A stretch of DNA of 64,000 nucleotides from Octopus sinensis (lineage: Eukaryota), in assembly GCF_006345805.1 (NCBI RefSeq), contig NC_043000.1, forward strand, positions 116,064,001 through 116,128,000, written 5' to 3'. Below the pieces are notes generated by a model that was not told where the DNA came from, did not search any database, and worked only from the letters and a program-made list of their open reading frames with translations. The position numbers were made by a program, and so were the translations under genes. This document shows, one piece after another, positions 49,986 through 63,124 of this stretch; the stretch's first letter is position 1, and each line of letters begins with the position of its first letter.

Positions 49986-50189
49986 ATAGGCGCAGGAGTG
50001 GCTGTGTGGTAAGTAGCTTGCTAACCAACCACATGGTTCCGGGTTCAGTCCCACTGCGTGGCATCTTGGGCAAGTGTCTTCTGCTATAGCCCCGGGCCGA
50101 CCAATGCCTTGTGAGTGGATTTGGTAGACGGAAACTGAAAGAAGCCTGTCGGATATATGTATATATATATATATATATATAATATATAT

Positions 50190-50234
<45 letters not shown>

Positions 50235-50248
50235 TATATATAATATAC

Positions 50249-50287
<39 letters not shown>

Positions 50288-50340
50288 CATATATATACAT
50301 ATATATACTATATATATATACAATATATATATATTATATA

Positions 50341-50401
<61 letters not shown>

Positions 50402-50830
50402 TAGGCGCAGGAGTGGCTGTGTGGTAAGTAGCTTGCTAACCAACCACATGGTTCCGGGTTCAGTCCCACTGCGTGGCATCTTGGGCAAGTGTCTTCTGCT
50501 ATAGCCCCGGGCCGACCAATGCCTTGTGAGTGGATTTGGTAGACGGAAACTGAAAGAAGCCTGTCGTATATATGTATATATATATATATATATGTATGTA
50601 TGTGTGTGTATGTTTGTGCGTCTGTGATTGTCCCCCAACATCGCTTTACAACAGATGCTGGTGTGTTTACGTCCCCGTCACTCAGCGGTTCGGCAAAAGA
50701 GACCGATAGAATAAGTACTGGGCTTACAAAGAATAAGTTCCGGGGTCGATTTGCTCGACTAAAGGCAGGGCTCCAGCATGGCCGCAGTCAAATGACTGAA
50801 ACAAGTAAAAGAGTAAAAGAGTAAGAGTAT
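49986..50830 (+). mobile_element. SINE family B with tandemly duplicated 5' half
   Basis: 49986-50155 and 50401-50570 are near-identical, including private variants, and are separated by (AT)n. Confidence 0.9.
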
Positions 50831-51110
50831 ATATTTCAACTGGTCCAGAAAGATGTTCAGCAGAAGTTTTGTGATCGAGAAAAGACATTGTCTAAGCAGG
50901 ATTTTATTATTATTATTATTATTTTTTTTTGTATTCTCCATGAACGCAAGAAGAGCGAAGTTACGTATCGATGATTCTTTTTGTTATTCAAACAAAAATT
51001 ACGGTCTTATCTGATTGATGAGAAGGACAATATCTCATCACTTGTTCGTGGAGTCCAGCCCCAACAAGTGTGAAAAGGAAAGGAACCTTCCTCCTCCTCT
51101 TCCTTATTAC

Positions 51111-51143
<33 letters not shown>

Positions 51144-51475
51144 GGCGGTGAGCTGGCAGAATCTTTAGTGCATCGAGCGAAATGCTGAGCGGCAGTTCGT
51201 CTGTTGCTAAGTTCTGAGTTCAAATCTCACCGAGGTCGACTTGACTTTCATCTTTTCAGAGTCGATAAATTAAATACCAGTTGTGTACCAGGGTCGATAA
51301 AATCGACTTACCCCACCCTCAAATTTCAGGCCTTGTGCCTATATTAGAAAGGATTATTATTAATCTGTTGTTAAGAGATGGTTGGTGGTGGTGGGGGGGT
51401 ACAAGCACAGATACACAAACACGCAAACATACACATATATATACATAAATACACATAAACACAGACATATATATA

Positions 51476-51507
<32 letters not shown>

Positions 51508-51611
51508 CTATATATATATGTATATATATATATATGTATATGTATATATATATATGTATATGTATATATATATGTATATGTATATATATATGTATATGTA
51601 TATACATATAC

Positions 51612-51671
<60 letters not shown>

Positions 51672-51684
51672 GCATATATATATG

Positions 51685-51716
<32 letters not shown>

Positions 51717-52489
51717 TACACACGACGGCTCTCTTTCAGATTCCATTTACCAAATCCAGTCACAAGATTTTTATCGGCCCAAGGCTTCAGTTGAACATAC
51801 TGAAGGTAGCACGCAGTGAGATTGAACTTGGAACCATGTATTTGGGAAGCAAGCTTCTTACCACATAGCCAAGCCACACTCGAGCATACATGCATACACA
51901 CACACACACACACACATCTGGAAAACCCAATTGGCTTAGTAGTATATTTTCAAAATAGTTATCTGGGTATTGTACTTTATGCATACATATCATTGATAAG
52001 CGATTGCTACAAAAGTTCGTCTCACTTCGATATTTATTTTGTTTTTAACTCAGAATATTCAAAAATGATGTTATCTCATGACGAATACTACAGCAACTAG
52101 CCTATTAATTGTGTACATACATTACGTATTATATTTAGATGGCTATACGTGCAAATATATATAATGTATACATTATTTCTAAATCAATGCACACACATAC
52201 ACACACGTGTGTGTGTATAAAAATACATATAAATAAATGCATATGTACATATAATAAACACATATAATGCAGGCACATACATGTACACACACATACACAC
52301 ACAGACATGAATGCGTGGGTGTTAGGATGTGAACTTGTGTCTGATTGTGTGCACGTGCATATATTTATTCATGGTCGAATGAATTCTCAGCTGTGTTTTA
52401 GTTTTATGCTTAAACATTACGGATTTATCAATATTTAATACAGGACCATTAGATTTTGGAAAAGTTAAGTTATAAATCTATCGAACTTT

Positions 52490-52702
52490 CTAGGCCTCAA
52501 TGTTATTATCTTCTAGATGAAGTGATATTTGACGTGAAGTAGAGTTAGATACTGCCATTATCGAGAGCTTCATAGACTTATCTTTCAGATGAAGTGATTG
52601 TTGATGTAAAGTAGAGTTAGCAACTTCCATTTTGTAGACCTTCAGATTGTTCTCTTTCCGTTGAATTGACTGGTTTAGTGAAATTACGTTAGTTACTGCA
52701 AT
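52490..52702 (-). repeat. Three diverged 72-bp tandem units spanning a 70-codon open frame
   Basis: AVTNVISLNQSIQRKENNLKVYKM / EVANSTLHQQSLHLKDKSMKLSIM / AVSNSTSRQISLHLEDNNIEA*; no indels between units. Confidence 0.7.
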
Positions 52703-54018
52703 TTAAACGAACGCTAGGGCAGTATAAGTGATACTTTAATAACAATACCTTTACCACTAGGTTTGAACTTCTTGACCGTTGATTCAGGTTATCTGTCAAT
52801 TATCAGGGAATGTAGTCGTTTGCTAACAGTTTTCGCTGTACAAAATTGATTTTTGCATTCTCATACGACTTAACGCTTTCGTTATTGACCCTTTGAGTGT
52901 CCAAAGTATTTTGCATAAGCACATCCATGTGATACACGAGGCATATTTCCCTGGAGTCCATGTATCATATACGATACACATTCCTAATTCTTTCAACCCT
53001 CAGTGGAATTTCCGACTTATGAAGGAGAAACTTCTTGTCAATCAGAACGTATGAAACAAGTTCTAACTAAAAGTTTGAAAACAAGCGTGTTTATTTAGAA
53101 CAAAAATATGGAAATGCTTTGGATAGGCAAATGGCGAATGCTAGTGGTGTACATCGCAGTACCGGGTCTAGGTGTATTAAGGCTATTGATAAACTAGTTT
53201 ACCGTGTCTGTACATTAAGAAGGTGATTAATATATAGAAGCCAAATAAAGGAAGTATCGATCATTGAGGGGATTTGTATAAATATCGCCAGGAAGTGTTA
53301 TGGCGGAAAAGATATGAATAGGATACATTATAACGCTGACATTTACTGGAAGATATGAAGTAGTGATGTACTCTGTAAATGGGCAGATTAATTACCAGGT
53401 TTCAGTAAAAGGAAGATTAAATATCATAGGTCACATTTCATTCGGTGAAATTTTCAAAGGCAAACATTCAACTGATATGTAACGTCCGAAACAAAGAGAG
53501 TGATTTGAAAAATGGAGAGTAGGAGAGTGAGAAAGAAAGAACGAGAGAGAGAGAGAGAGGGAGAGAGAGAGACAGCCAGTGAGAGAGAAAATGAAGTTTG
53601 TTCATACTTGCTCAGTTGTTAGAATTGTAGGCGATGGGTGAGTTATGACGTCATATGGCAATGGCTACACGATAAATCCTTTCTATAGACTCCCATAAGA
53701 TTTCCCTATACAGAAATATTGCGGAGAGTTTCCTGTGTGGAACGCAATGAGCATAGATTTAAATATTTCAAGAGATATGAATACAAATTACGGACGTTGA
53801 CGAATGTCCGTGAATATTAACTTTTAACAGGAGAAATAGACAAATCATAGGGGTTTTCTTTCATCCGTTTGCAATCAAGCGGTTTTAATACCCAAATGGT
53901 GTAGTATCTCTCCCAGTATAGGTGTTTATACACACGCACACACACGCATGTATATATGTATATACCTATGTATGTATGTATGTATCTGTAACTATGTATG
54001 TATGTATCTGTCTATCTA

Positions 54019-54105
<87 letters not shown>

Positions 54106-54457
54106 TATATATATCTAATATAGGATAAAATTTAAAAAATAAATTATCAGTGGCCAGCATATTAAAAAATACCTTTAAGGTGAAAATTATAAACAACTCT
54201 TTCTAATACCAAATTTGGGACTTGAGTTGCCACAACATCCTGTATTCTTTTACTCTTTTATTTGTTTCAGTCATTTGACTGCGACCATATTAGAGCAAAA
54301 GAGAAAAAAATCCTATGCCAAATATGCCGAGAAATAGACTTCAAATCATCAATAACCACATATAATTCATCACTAAAAGCACGCGTCTCGAAGCAAGCTG
54401 ACAAATTTCTAGGGGTGGGCATACCTCTGTGAGACACTGTGTGTGCGTGTGTATCTG

Positions 54458-54490
<33 letters not shown>

Positions 54491-54584
54491 ATCTGTCTGT
54501 CTGTCTCGCTGTCTCTCTGTCTCTATCTATCTATATGAATGTATATATATATGTATGCGTATATGTATATATTGGCGAATATGG

Positions 54585-54649
<65 letters not shown>

Positions 54650-55337
54650 GACGGGCTTCTTTCAGTTTCCGTCTACGAAATCCACTCTCAATGCTTTAGT
54701 CGGCCCGAGGCTATAGTATAAGACACTTGCCCAAGGTGCCACGCAGTGGGACTGAACCCGGAACCATGTGATTAGTAAGCAAGCTACTTACCACACAGCC
54801 ACTCCTTAACTGGAGAATTCAGAACTATAATATGGGTCTCTAGTGTAGTGGTCAAGTGAAAGTTTGACTAACTCCTTAGAACGAAACCGACGCCACCAGC
54901 TATAGAAGTTTTAATAGAGAAACTATCAGCTTCTACAAAGTAAGTTATTGATCAGGTTTCAGTTATAAATATTCAACAAAGATTTGAAAATAGAAAAAAA
55001 GTTAAAGACAACGCTAAACTAGCATGGGCGAGTTTAGTGTCTTAAGTCTGTAATAAAATCAGAAAATGATGGTGTATATATGTACATGTACGTACGCAGA
55101 TATGTAATCATGTATGGATCTTTCAATGAACATATGCTTTTGTGTGTGAACGTGTGTAGATTTATGATTATGTGTTCTATGTAACGTTATACTGCTTAGA
55201 ATTACAGCTATTTTCGTACTTGTTATGAGCTGTCGCCAACAAACTATGCGAAGGGGTGCTCGGGGTAATTTTCTAATCTACAGTCTCTATATTTTTAGCA
55301 GAAATGTGTTTAAGTGTCTATACATATACGGAACTTT

Positions 55338-55431
55338 CTGCGTAATAATAATAATAATAATAATAGAATAATAATAATAATAATATAATAATAATAATAA
55401 TAATAGAAATAATAATGATAATAATAATAGA

Positions 55432-55465
<34 letters not shown>

Positions 55466-55467
55466 GA

Positions 55468-55502
<35 letters not shown>

Positions 55503-55515
55503 TAATAATAATACA
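55338..55515. repeat. (AAT)n microsatellite with AGAAAT interruptions
   Basis: Direct inspection. Confidence 0.95.
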
Positions 55516-55602
55516 ATAATGCTTAACACCTTGAGCATTTGCGTCAATATGTTAAATCCCAAGATTAGTCTTGTATTTTTTGGGGAAAAACATCCACGAC
55601 AC

Positions 55603-55637
<35 letters not shown>

Positions 55638-55643
55638 CACAGA

Positions 55644-55674
<31 letters not shown>

Positions 55675-56334
55675 GCACTAGTTATGAAGCTATGGAGTTA
55701 ATTTAACCAGTCAAAATCGATACGTCTGGAAGTGAAATTATCGAATCGCCATTCTTAGTACCTGGAGCTTTTTTTGAAACTGCAATAATGCCGTGAATGA
55801 AAGAGATGCAAATTCTGACTGGCCGGGAAATATAACTATGCAAAATACCAAGATTCTAAACAAATTCTTTGAAATTCCTCCGACTTAATATTCTTGAATA
55901 TTCCATCCATTGTTACATGACGACTGACCACGAATTCTAGTGGAATAATTCGACTTGTTTCATGTTTTGTGTGTTTTGGACCACGTAGACATGGTATTCG
56001 ATCGAGGTTTTTTTTTATCAAGGCTGATTCTAACGGAGTGACAAGAGATCAATTCATTACATTACGTGTACACACACGCACACGCACACACATACACACC
56101 TGCTCTCTTACACAGACGCATATATTTATATATCATTTAATAGGAATTTGAGATACCTACGAATCCAAGTTCCATGGAGACGAATCAAACTATTATCATA
56201 TAAGATACATGACTCCTCTCAAATGTGCTGAATGTCACTTCGTCACGTTTGTCCATTCACTCATATATATACATGTGTGTGTGTGTGTATAATGTATTAT
56301 ACATTATACCCCCTCTCTATATATATGTTTTTTA

Positions 56335-56490
56335 CTCTCCTTGCTTTTTCTGTGTCTCTTTCTGTAAAGGAGCGTAGGCTCGAAACGTAAAAGATTATTT
56401 CTATTCCTGAGCGTTATACTAATACATCTGTTTGTTTTGTACACCACCTGTCTTCGTCTTTTGTTTTTTTGGTAAACTATCCCTATATAT
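56335..56490 (+). mobile_element. Family H2 element
   Basis: GGAGCGTAGGCTCGAAACGTAAAAG plus the family tail; abuts the palindrome. Confidence 0.6.
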
Positions 56491-56506
56491 ATATATATAA
56501 ATATAT

Positions 56507-57366
56507 ATACAATAAAAATGGTAAATAATTTTTCAGTGGTTTTTCATATAACCAACAATTATTTACCGGTAAAATTCCGGTATGTAAATATGACAAATTC
56601 ATCGTCAGGAACTTCTGGAAAGTTCAGTATATAGTGAAAATAATTAAAGGGCGGGCAGCAGGCTGCCTCGCCGCATACCGGAGGAATTAGAAATGGCAGT
56701 CAAAGACTGTTTTTTCCATTTTCTATAAGTGGATTTTCCAAATACGACGAACCCTGCGATTCACATACGCAATCACTATATACTGAACTGCCCGCCCTTT
56801 AATTATTTTCACTATATACTGAACTTTCCAGAAGTTCCTGACGATGAATTTGTCATATTTACATACCGGAATTTTACCGGTAAATAATTGTTGGTTATAT
56901 GAAAAACCACTGAAAAATTATTTACCATTTTTATTGTATTACCATGTGGACTTCTTATTCCATTGCGATCGGCCAGGCGGCTCACACGGCAGAATTTTTG
57001 GAGGGAAAATTTACGTTCTCAGTCATTACTTAGTTTTAACATATGCACACCTCCCCCCCACTATCTGATGTCGCTTGGTCAGAAGTGAGGGCTTGTGGCA
57101 TTTGCTAAATCTATCGAATATGGTGTTGATAAAGGAAATCAAGCTATTTTCGTGCTTGTGATCTAGAAACATGTTCATCATTAACGGTAAGAGATTGGTT
57201 TCGTTTATTTGCTACTCCGTTTTTTGCGTATGTGAATCGCAGGGTTCGTCGTATTTGGAAAATCCACTTATAGAAAATGGAAAAAACAGTCTTTGACTGC
57301 CATTTCTAATTCCTCCGGTATGCGGCGAGGTAGCCTGCTGCCCGCCCTTTAATTATTTTCACTATA
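56507..57366. repeat. Nested near-perfect inverted repeats
   Basis: 56507-56658 vs 56788-56939 (152 bp, no mismatch seen); 56630-56772 vs 57224-57366 (143 bp, 1 mismatch). Confidence 0.92.
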
Positions 57367-58341
57367 AATATATATATATATTATATATATATATATATAT
57401 ATATTCGTAATGAGATAAAAAACCCAAGGTAGTTTAGATTTTAAAACATTTAGACGTGAAATGCATTGTAACCAGCGATGTATAACAGTAGCAGATAGTC
57501 TGGTCGTTATCTTAGTGTATAGATACACAAGGCGGTGGACTGGTAGAATAGTTAGCCGAACAATACGTTTCGTGGCATTTCTTCCGCTTTCCGTTTTGCG
57601 TTCAAATTCCGCCGGGGTCAACTTTATCATTTGTCCTTTGGGGGCCGGTAAAATATATACCACTCAAGCAATGGGATCGATGTAATCGACTAGCCTCCGT
57701 TCCCAAAATTTCAGGCCTTGTGCCTATAGTAGAACAGAAAGTGTAAACACATAGTTCTTATTACATCTGGGCTTTGTATATAAAAATATTGCATACAATG
57801 AGGGTCTAGAACTATGAGTAGAAATCGCATAAGTACCAATGTGTATATATTTATATATGTGTGTGCGTGTGTATGGGGGTGTCATTATGGATGTATGTGT
57901 TTACCTTTATACAGAGAAAATCGTGTCACTCCGTTGGTTACGACACGAGGGCTCCAGTTGATCCCACCAACGGAACAGCCTACTCAGGAACTTAACGTGT
58001 AAGAGGCTGAGAATTCCACAGAGTCGTGTGCCCCTAATGTAGTTCTCTGGGGGAGATTCGGCTTGACACAGAGTGTGACAAGGCTGAAGAGAAAGTTTTG
58101 GCGAAAGAATACAGCAGAGCTCGCCACCACCCTCTGCTGGAGTCTCGTGGAGCTTTAGGTGTTTTGGGCCAATAAACTCTCACAACGCCCGGTCTGGGAA
58201 TCGAAAACGCGATCCTGCAACCGCGAGTCCGCTGCCCTAACCACTGGGCCATTGCGCCTCCACAGAGAAAATATATGGAAGTACTTAATAAGCAAAGTTA
58301 CACAAGAAGATTATGTGAGTGAATATATAGCTACAGGTATA

Positions 58342-58411
<70 letters not shown>

Positions 58412-59409
58412 CATATGCATATACATATACACATATACATATGCATATACATATATGAAAATACATACATACATATGTGTGTGTATATATATATATATAA
58501 GAATTCTCTTAAAACACGATAAACAGAAAAACTATCATTGAACGAATATATTTATTTGTATTTATTACTAATGTAACTGAAGGCTAATATAATAATGATT
58601 ATAGAAATAAAGCTATACAAGTGATAAAAATGTATTGTGAGTGCAAGAAGAACTGGCTTAGAAATAAAATATATTCTTAAGCGTCATTATGGTTCTCCGT
58701 ATAGTACAGAAGTGGTTGACGAACAAAACTAAATCTGCTTTGCTGACAACCAATCAAATATACAAGTAGAATCGTAGAAGACTAACGTTAGCATAACTCA
58801 CACCCATTAAAAGTGGAGATGCTCAAGAGAAGTATGGGTTGAACGGAGTACAAAAACAAGATATTTTCTCTTAATACAATATATTTATGTATGTATACGT
58901 ATCGTAATTGACTATGGTGTTGAGAGATAGTTATTTTTGTCTAGACTATCGATTCCAATACTGCACGCTCCACCGAAAATGAATAAATAAATAAAAATCA
59001 CACTCCCTCACAACTTCTATGCCAGCCGTTCAAGAATTTGGACCTAGAGATCTCCATTTCTAGCGACTTCGAAGGCCACCTCCCAATGGTGTCGGGCGTC
59101 AACGAAGCGCCCTCGACTACAATAAGGCGACCAAAGTTTATTTTTCCCAAGGTCTGGGCTCTCCCGCCCCTAAGCCCTAGACCATCACCTAATCACCATT
59201 ACTCGTCTTGTTGCTAAGCAACAACTCCTATGCCATGTAGCCATCTGTGGAACTCGAAACCGGGACTCCTATTCGCTGAGACGATGCTGATGTTTCAAGT
59301 CAGTGATGTGTAAGTTCTCCTACACACCACGGCATCGTTTGCCGTAAACTCACATAAAACAGTTTCAACGGATGTTTCACCTAGCGTATATGCAGTCCTA
59401 CTTCGTAGG

Positions 59410-59875
59410 CATACAGGCTTGGCAAATTTCACTATTTCTCCGAAGATTAAAAAACAAATTATGAACAGCCTTAATCGATTTTGGAACTTAATTGCATTCT
59501 TGTATATTACTCGACCAATCCCAAAGAAACAAGTGACTAATCTGTTTATACACTTAGCAAATCCAGTAACCTCACAGAACTTGGGTAACTAATTTCCGTA
59601 CCGAAAGTGTTTCATTTATTTAATATCAGCGGCCATCTCAGTAGAGAGAGTATCGAGGTATGATGTAATATATGTAAATCTACGTACGAGACATACAAAC
59701 ATGGCAAATTTGATTATTTCTCCGTAGCTTGAAAAGAAAAGAGTGAAGAGCCTAAATCAATTTTCGAATCTAATTGGGTTCTCATTGGAGGTGTCTCCTT
59801 GTGCAATACCAGAGACACAAGTAGCTAATCACCTTACAAATCGAGTAGAATCAGACAAATGGAATTACTAATTTG
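59410..59875. repeat. Diverged tandem duplication (~185-bp copies, offset ~280 bp)
   Basis: 59410-59595 vs 59692-59875; 23 mismatches in an 87-bp ungapped block (~74% identity). Confidence 0.75.
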
Positions 59876-60010
59876 CATTTCGTTCAAGACTTGGGACAAG
59901 GAAGACACCATCGCTTTCTTTTGTTTCATCTTATTATTCATACTAAAGCATAATTATCGGTCTAGAAATGATGAAAATGCTGTCCACCCTGTCTCCGTAT
60001 GAACTCATCT

Positions 60011-60410
60011 AAGGCGGCGAGCTGGCAGAAACGTTAACACACCGGGCGAAATGCGTTACGTTCTGAGTTCAAATTCCGCCGAGGTCGACTTTGCCTTTCA
60101 TCCTTTCGGAGTCGATAAATTAAGTACCAGTTACGCACTGGGGTCGATATAATCGACTTAATCCGTTTGTCCGTCCTTGTTTGTCTCCTCTGTGTTTAGC
60201 CCCTTGTGGGTAGTAAAGAAATAGGTATTTCGTCTGCCGTTACGTTCTGAGTTCAAATTCCGCACAGGTCGACTTTGCCTTTCATCCTTTCGGGGTCGTT
60301 TAAATAAGTACCAGTTACGCACTGGGGTCGATATAATCGACCTAATCCGTTTGTCTGTCCTTGTTTGTCTCCTCCGTGTTTAGACCCTTGTGGGCAGTAA
60401 AGAAATAGAT
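60011..60410 (+). mobile_element. SINE family A dimer
   Basis: Head AAGGCGGCGAGCTGGCAGAAACG; the second body starts at the AAAGAAATAG|GTATTTCGTC junction at 60224. Confidence 0.88.
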
Positions 60411-61629
60411 ATGAACTCATCCTCTTTGCTTTTAATAAAAGAAGTGCTATAAAAGTTAGCTTTATATGATCATAATCGGATGCGTTATAGTAATTCTTTT
60501 TACTTTACAACATGAACTGGGAATTGCTGAAGACAACTTTTATATTTGTCACTCGACGTGTAATGAAAGGTTTGCATAATTCTCACAAGTGTTTCGCATT
60601 ACAATGAAGTATATACGAATGGCAGCAGTTTAATCAAATGGATTCATATCATTCCAGTATTTCCACACGATCAAGACTTCTTCAAATATAAATCACTTGA
60701 TATTGCAAACAGAAATTATGTAAATAAGATTTTCAACTTAGCTTCATAATAGTCAAACAATCTTTCAAAAGATGCAGACACTTTCTTTATCTATTGTCGA
60801 GAGACTAACGGGCATAAAAGAATGAAATACCTTACGATCATGTTGTACGCTGTATATTAAAATTCCACGGCACATATTTTGTTGTTGCTTAATATTATTC
60901 TTCCATGTAAACCTGAATGAAAAATACGGATTGGGCATTTTGAGAAGTTGCCTTTATTGATTATTATGTAGTCAAACCCAATAACAATGAAATCGCTTAC
61001 GTCCTGCGAGAAAATGTATGATCGTGTGACTATGCTTCCGATAACTGCTTAGTATAATATTTGTAATGGATAACACGATGTTATTTAGTTACATACGTAA
61101 GACAGCAAAATAAAGAAGACAAGGTTTCTTACGAAGCGATGAGGGAAAATATATAAAAACCTTTATACGCTTCAGGCACAAAAGGAAACAGTGAAGCCAT
61201 GTTCGTCTGTACAGATCCAGCCATGTTGGTTGTTGTGCCTGAAATACATAAAACGTCCTAAGCATCTTCCTTTCCGCATCGTAAGGATCTCTCTGTCGTT
61301 TCTCTTTTGTTCCTTTACTTATGCAACACAATGCTTCGAGCAAGTCAGAACAATTTTATTTAATTGCACATGTTTACTTTCTAATTGTAAAATAACTTTT
61401 AGGCTCTAATACTAATTAAATGAGACTGGATAATTTATAAAAAGGTTATTTGTTATCACCGTGATTGACCAGGCTATCAGATGTTGCTACACATCGCTGG
61501 TCACAATGCGCTTCGCATTGTTTTAGCCTTCATATGACGCCACCCCGCTGGCTAAGTGAGTGTATATTAGTTCTGTACCAACCTGGGTTATGAATTAAAG
61601 TTCGTCTTCTACGATTGTTCCTTTCCTTA

Positions 61630-61692
61630 TACTTCATTCATACATGCATGCATACATACATACATACATACATGCATACATACATACATACA

Positions 61693-61738
<46 letters not shown>

Positions 61739-61914
61739 CATATATGCATATATATATATGTGTATATATATATGCATATATATATGTGTATATATATATA
61801 TGCATATATGTGTGTATATATATATATATATGCATATATGTGTGTATATATATATATATGCATATATGTGTGTATATATATATATATGCATATATGTGTA
61901 TATATATATGCATA

Positions 61915-61945
<31 letters not shown>

Positions 61946-62125
61946 TTGTGTGTATGTGTGTGTATCTGTGTGTGTGTATCTGTGTATGTGTGTGTGTATA
62001 TGTGTGTGTGTATCTGTGTATCTGTGTGTGTGTATGTGTGTACGTTTGCATGTATGTATATGTATGTATGCATGTATGTGTGTGTTTGTGTTTGAGTGTG
62101 AGGCAAATATATATATATATAGAGA
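61630..62125. repeat. Compound (ATAC)/(AT)/(GT) microsatellite
   Basis: Direct inspection. Confidence 0.95.
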
Positions 62126-63124
62126 GAGAGAGGCAAAGAAATATGTGTTTGTGTACATATATATGATGTATGTATTCATCTGAAATTTGGTAAGTTAATC
62201 TCTACAGCTCTCAAACATAATACTTATTCGGCTCCTGGTTCTCCGCCCACTTCACCTCCTCTTTATTGTCTCTTCTTTTATTTTTATTCCCACTATAATT
62301 CCAGTAGTTATTCAACAAAGAATAATAAATACGAAAGCATATGGTTTAAAGGCATAAAGTTCTTGCCAACAATAAATCAACAACGCTAATGACAAATATT
62401 TAGATAGCAAAGAAATGACAAATGAGAAAATATACTTCAAACCGTAAATTCATATCAAAATTAGTGGCAATAAAAGTTACTAATTCTTGGTAAAAAGTAC
62501 AACGCAATAAATAGTAAGAAATAATATGAACAACAGTAGTGGAATATCGTGGGATTTCGTTGGTTGCGACGATGAGGGTTCCAGTTGATCCAATCAACGG
62601 AACAGCCTGCTCGTGAAATTAACGTGTGAGTGACTGAGCACTCCACAGACACGTGAACCCTTAACGTAGTTCTCGGGGAAATTCAACGTAAAAAGGTTGG
62701 CCCTTTTAAATACAGGTACAGCAGAAACAGGAAGAAAGGGTGAGAGAAAGTTGTGGTGAAAGAATACAGCCCTTCTAACACACACATACACACATGTTAT
62801 TTTTCGTTTCACCCATGCAACCGCGGTGATGTTGGAGCACCACCGTATGTGTGTGTGTGTGTGTCTGTGTATCTGCGCGTGCGTGTGTATATTCACGTGT
62901 TTGTTTTTGCGTGCACGTTTATTTCCCCAATTCGGCTTAACACCCAGTTTCGGTTTACTTGGGTTCCCGTTACATAGCGGTTCGTCAACTGAGTCCGATA
63001 AATATGTACCAGAATTTTGAAAAGAAGTACTGGGGTCGATTAATTCGACTATGTCTTGCAAGACGGTGCTCCAACATTGATGCAATCCAGTGAATAAAAC
63101 AAGTAAAGAAATATAGTTATAAAA

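Noticed and set aside
53100-53495. Gypsy RT-like words (GKWRMLV; TFTGRYEVVM)
   Set aside because: Motifs are in different frames with no YxDD; likely chance.
59040-59240. Very degenerate mariner N-terminus on the minus strand (TIGRW..K..RNGDL), or a plus-strand exon after a CCAG acceptor
   Set aside because: Neither reading is consistent over more than ~15 codons.
5811-62183. Numerous long ORFs such as poly-YI, CV, HT, N, L in the track
   Set aside because: They are translations of stop-free microsatellites with no coding evidence.
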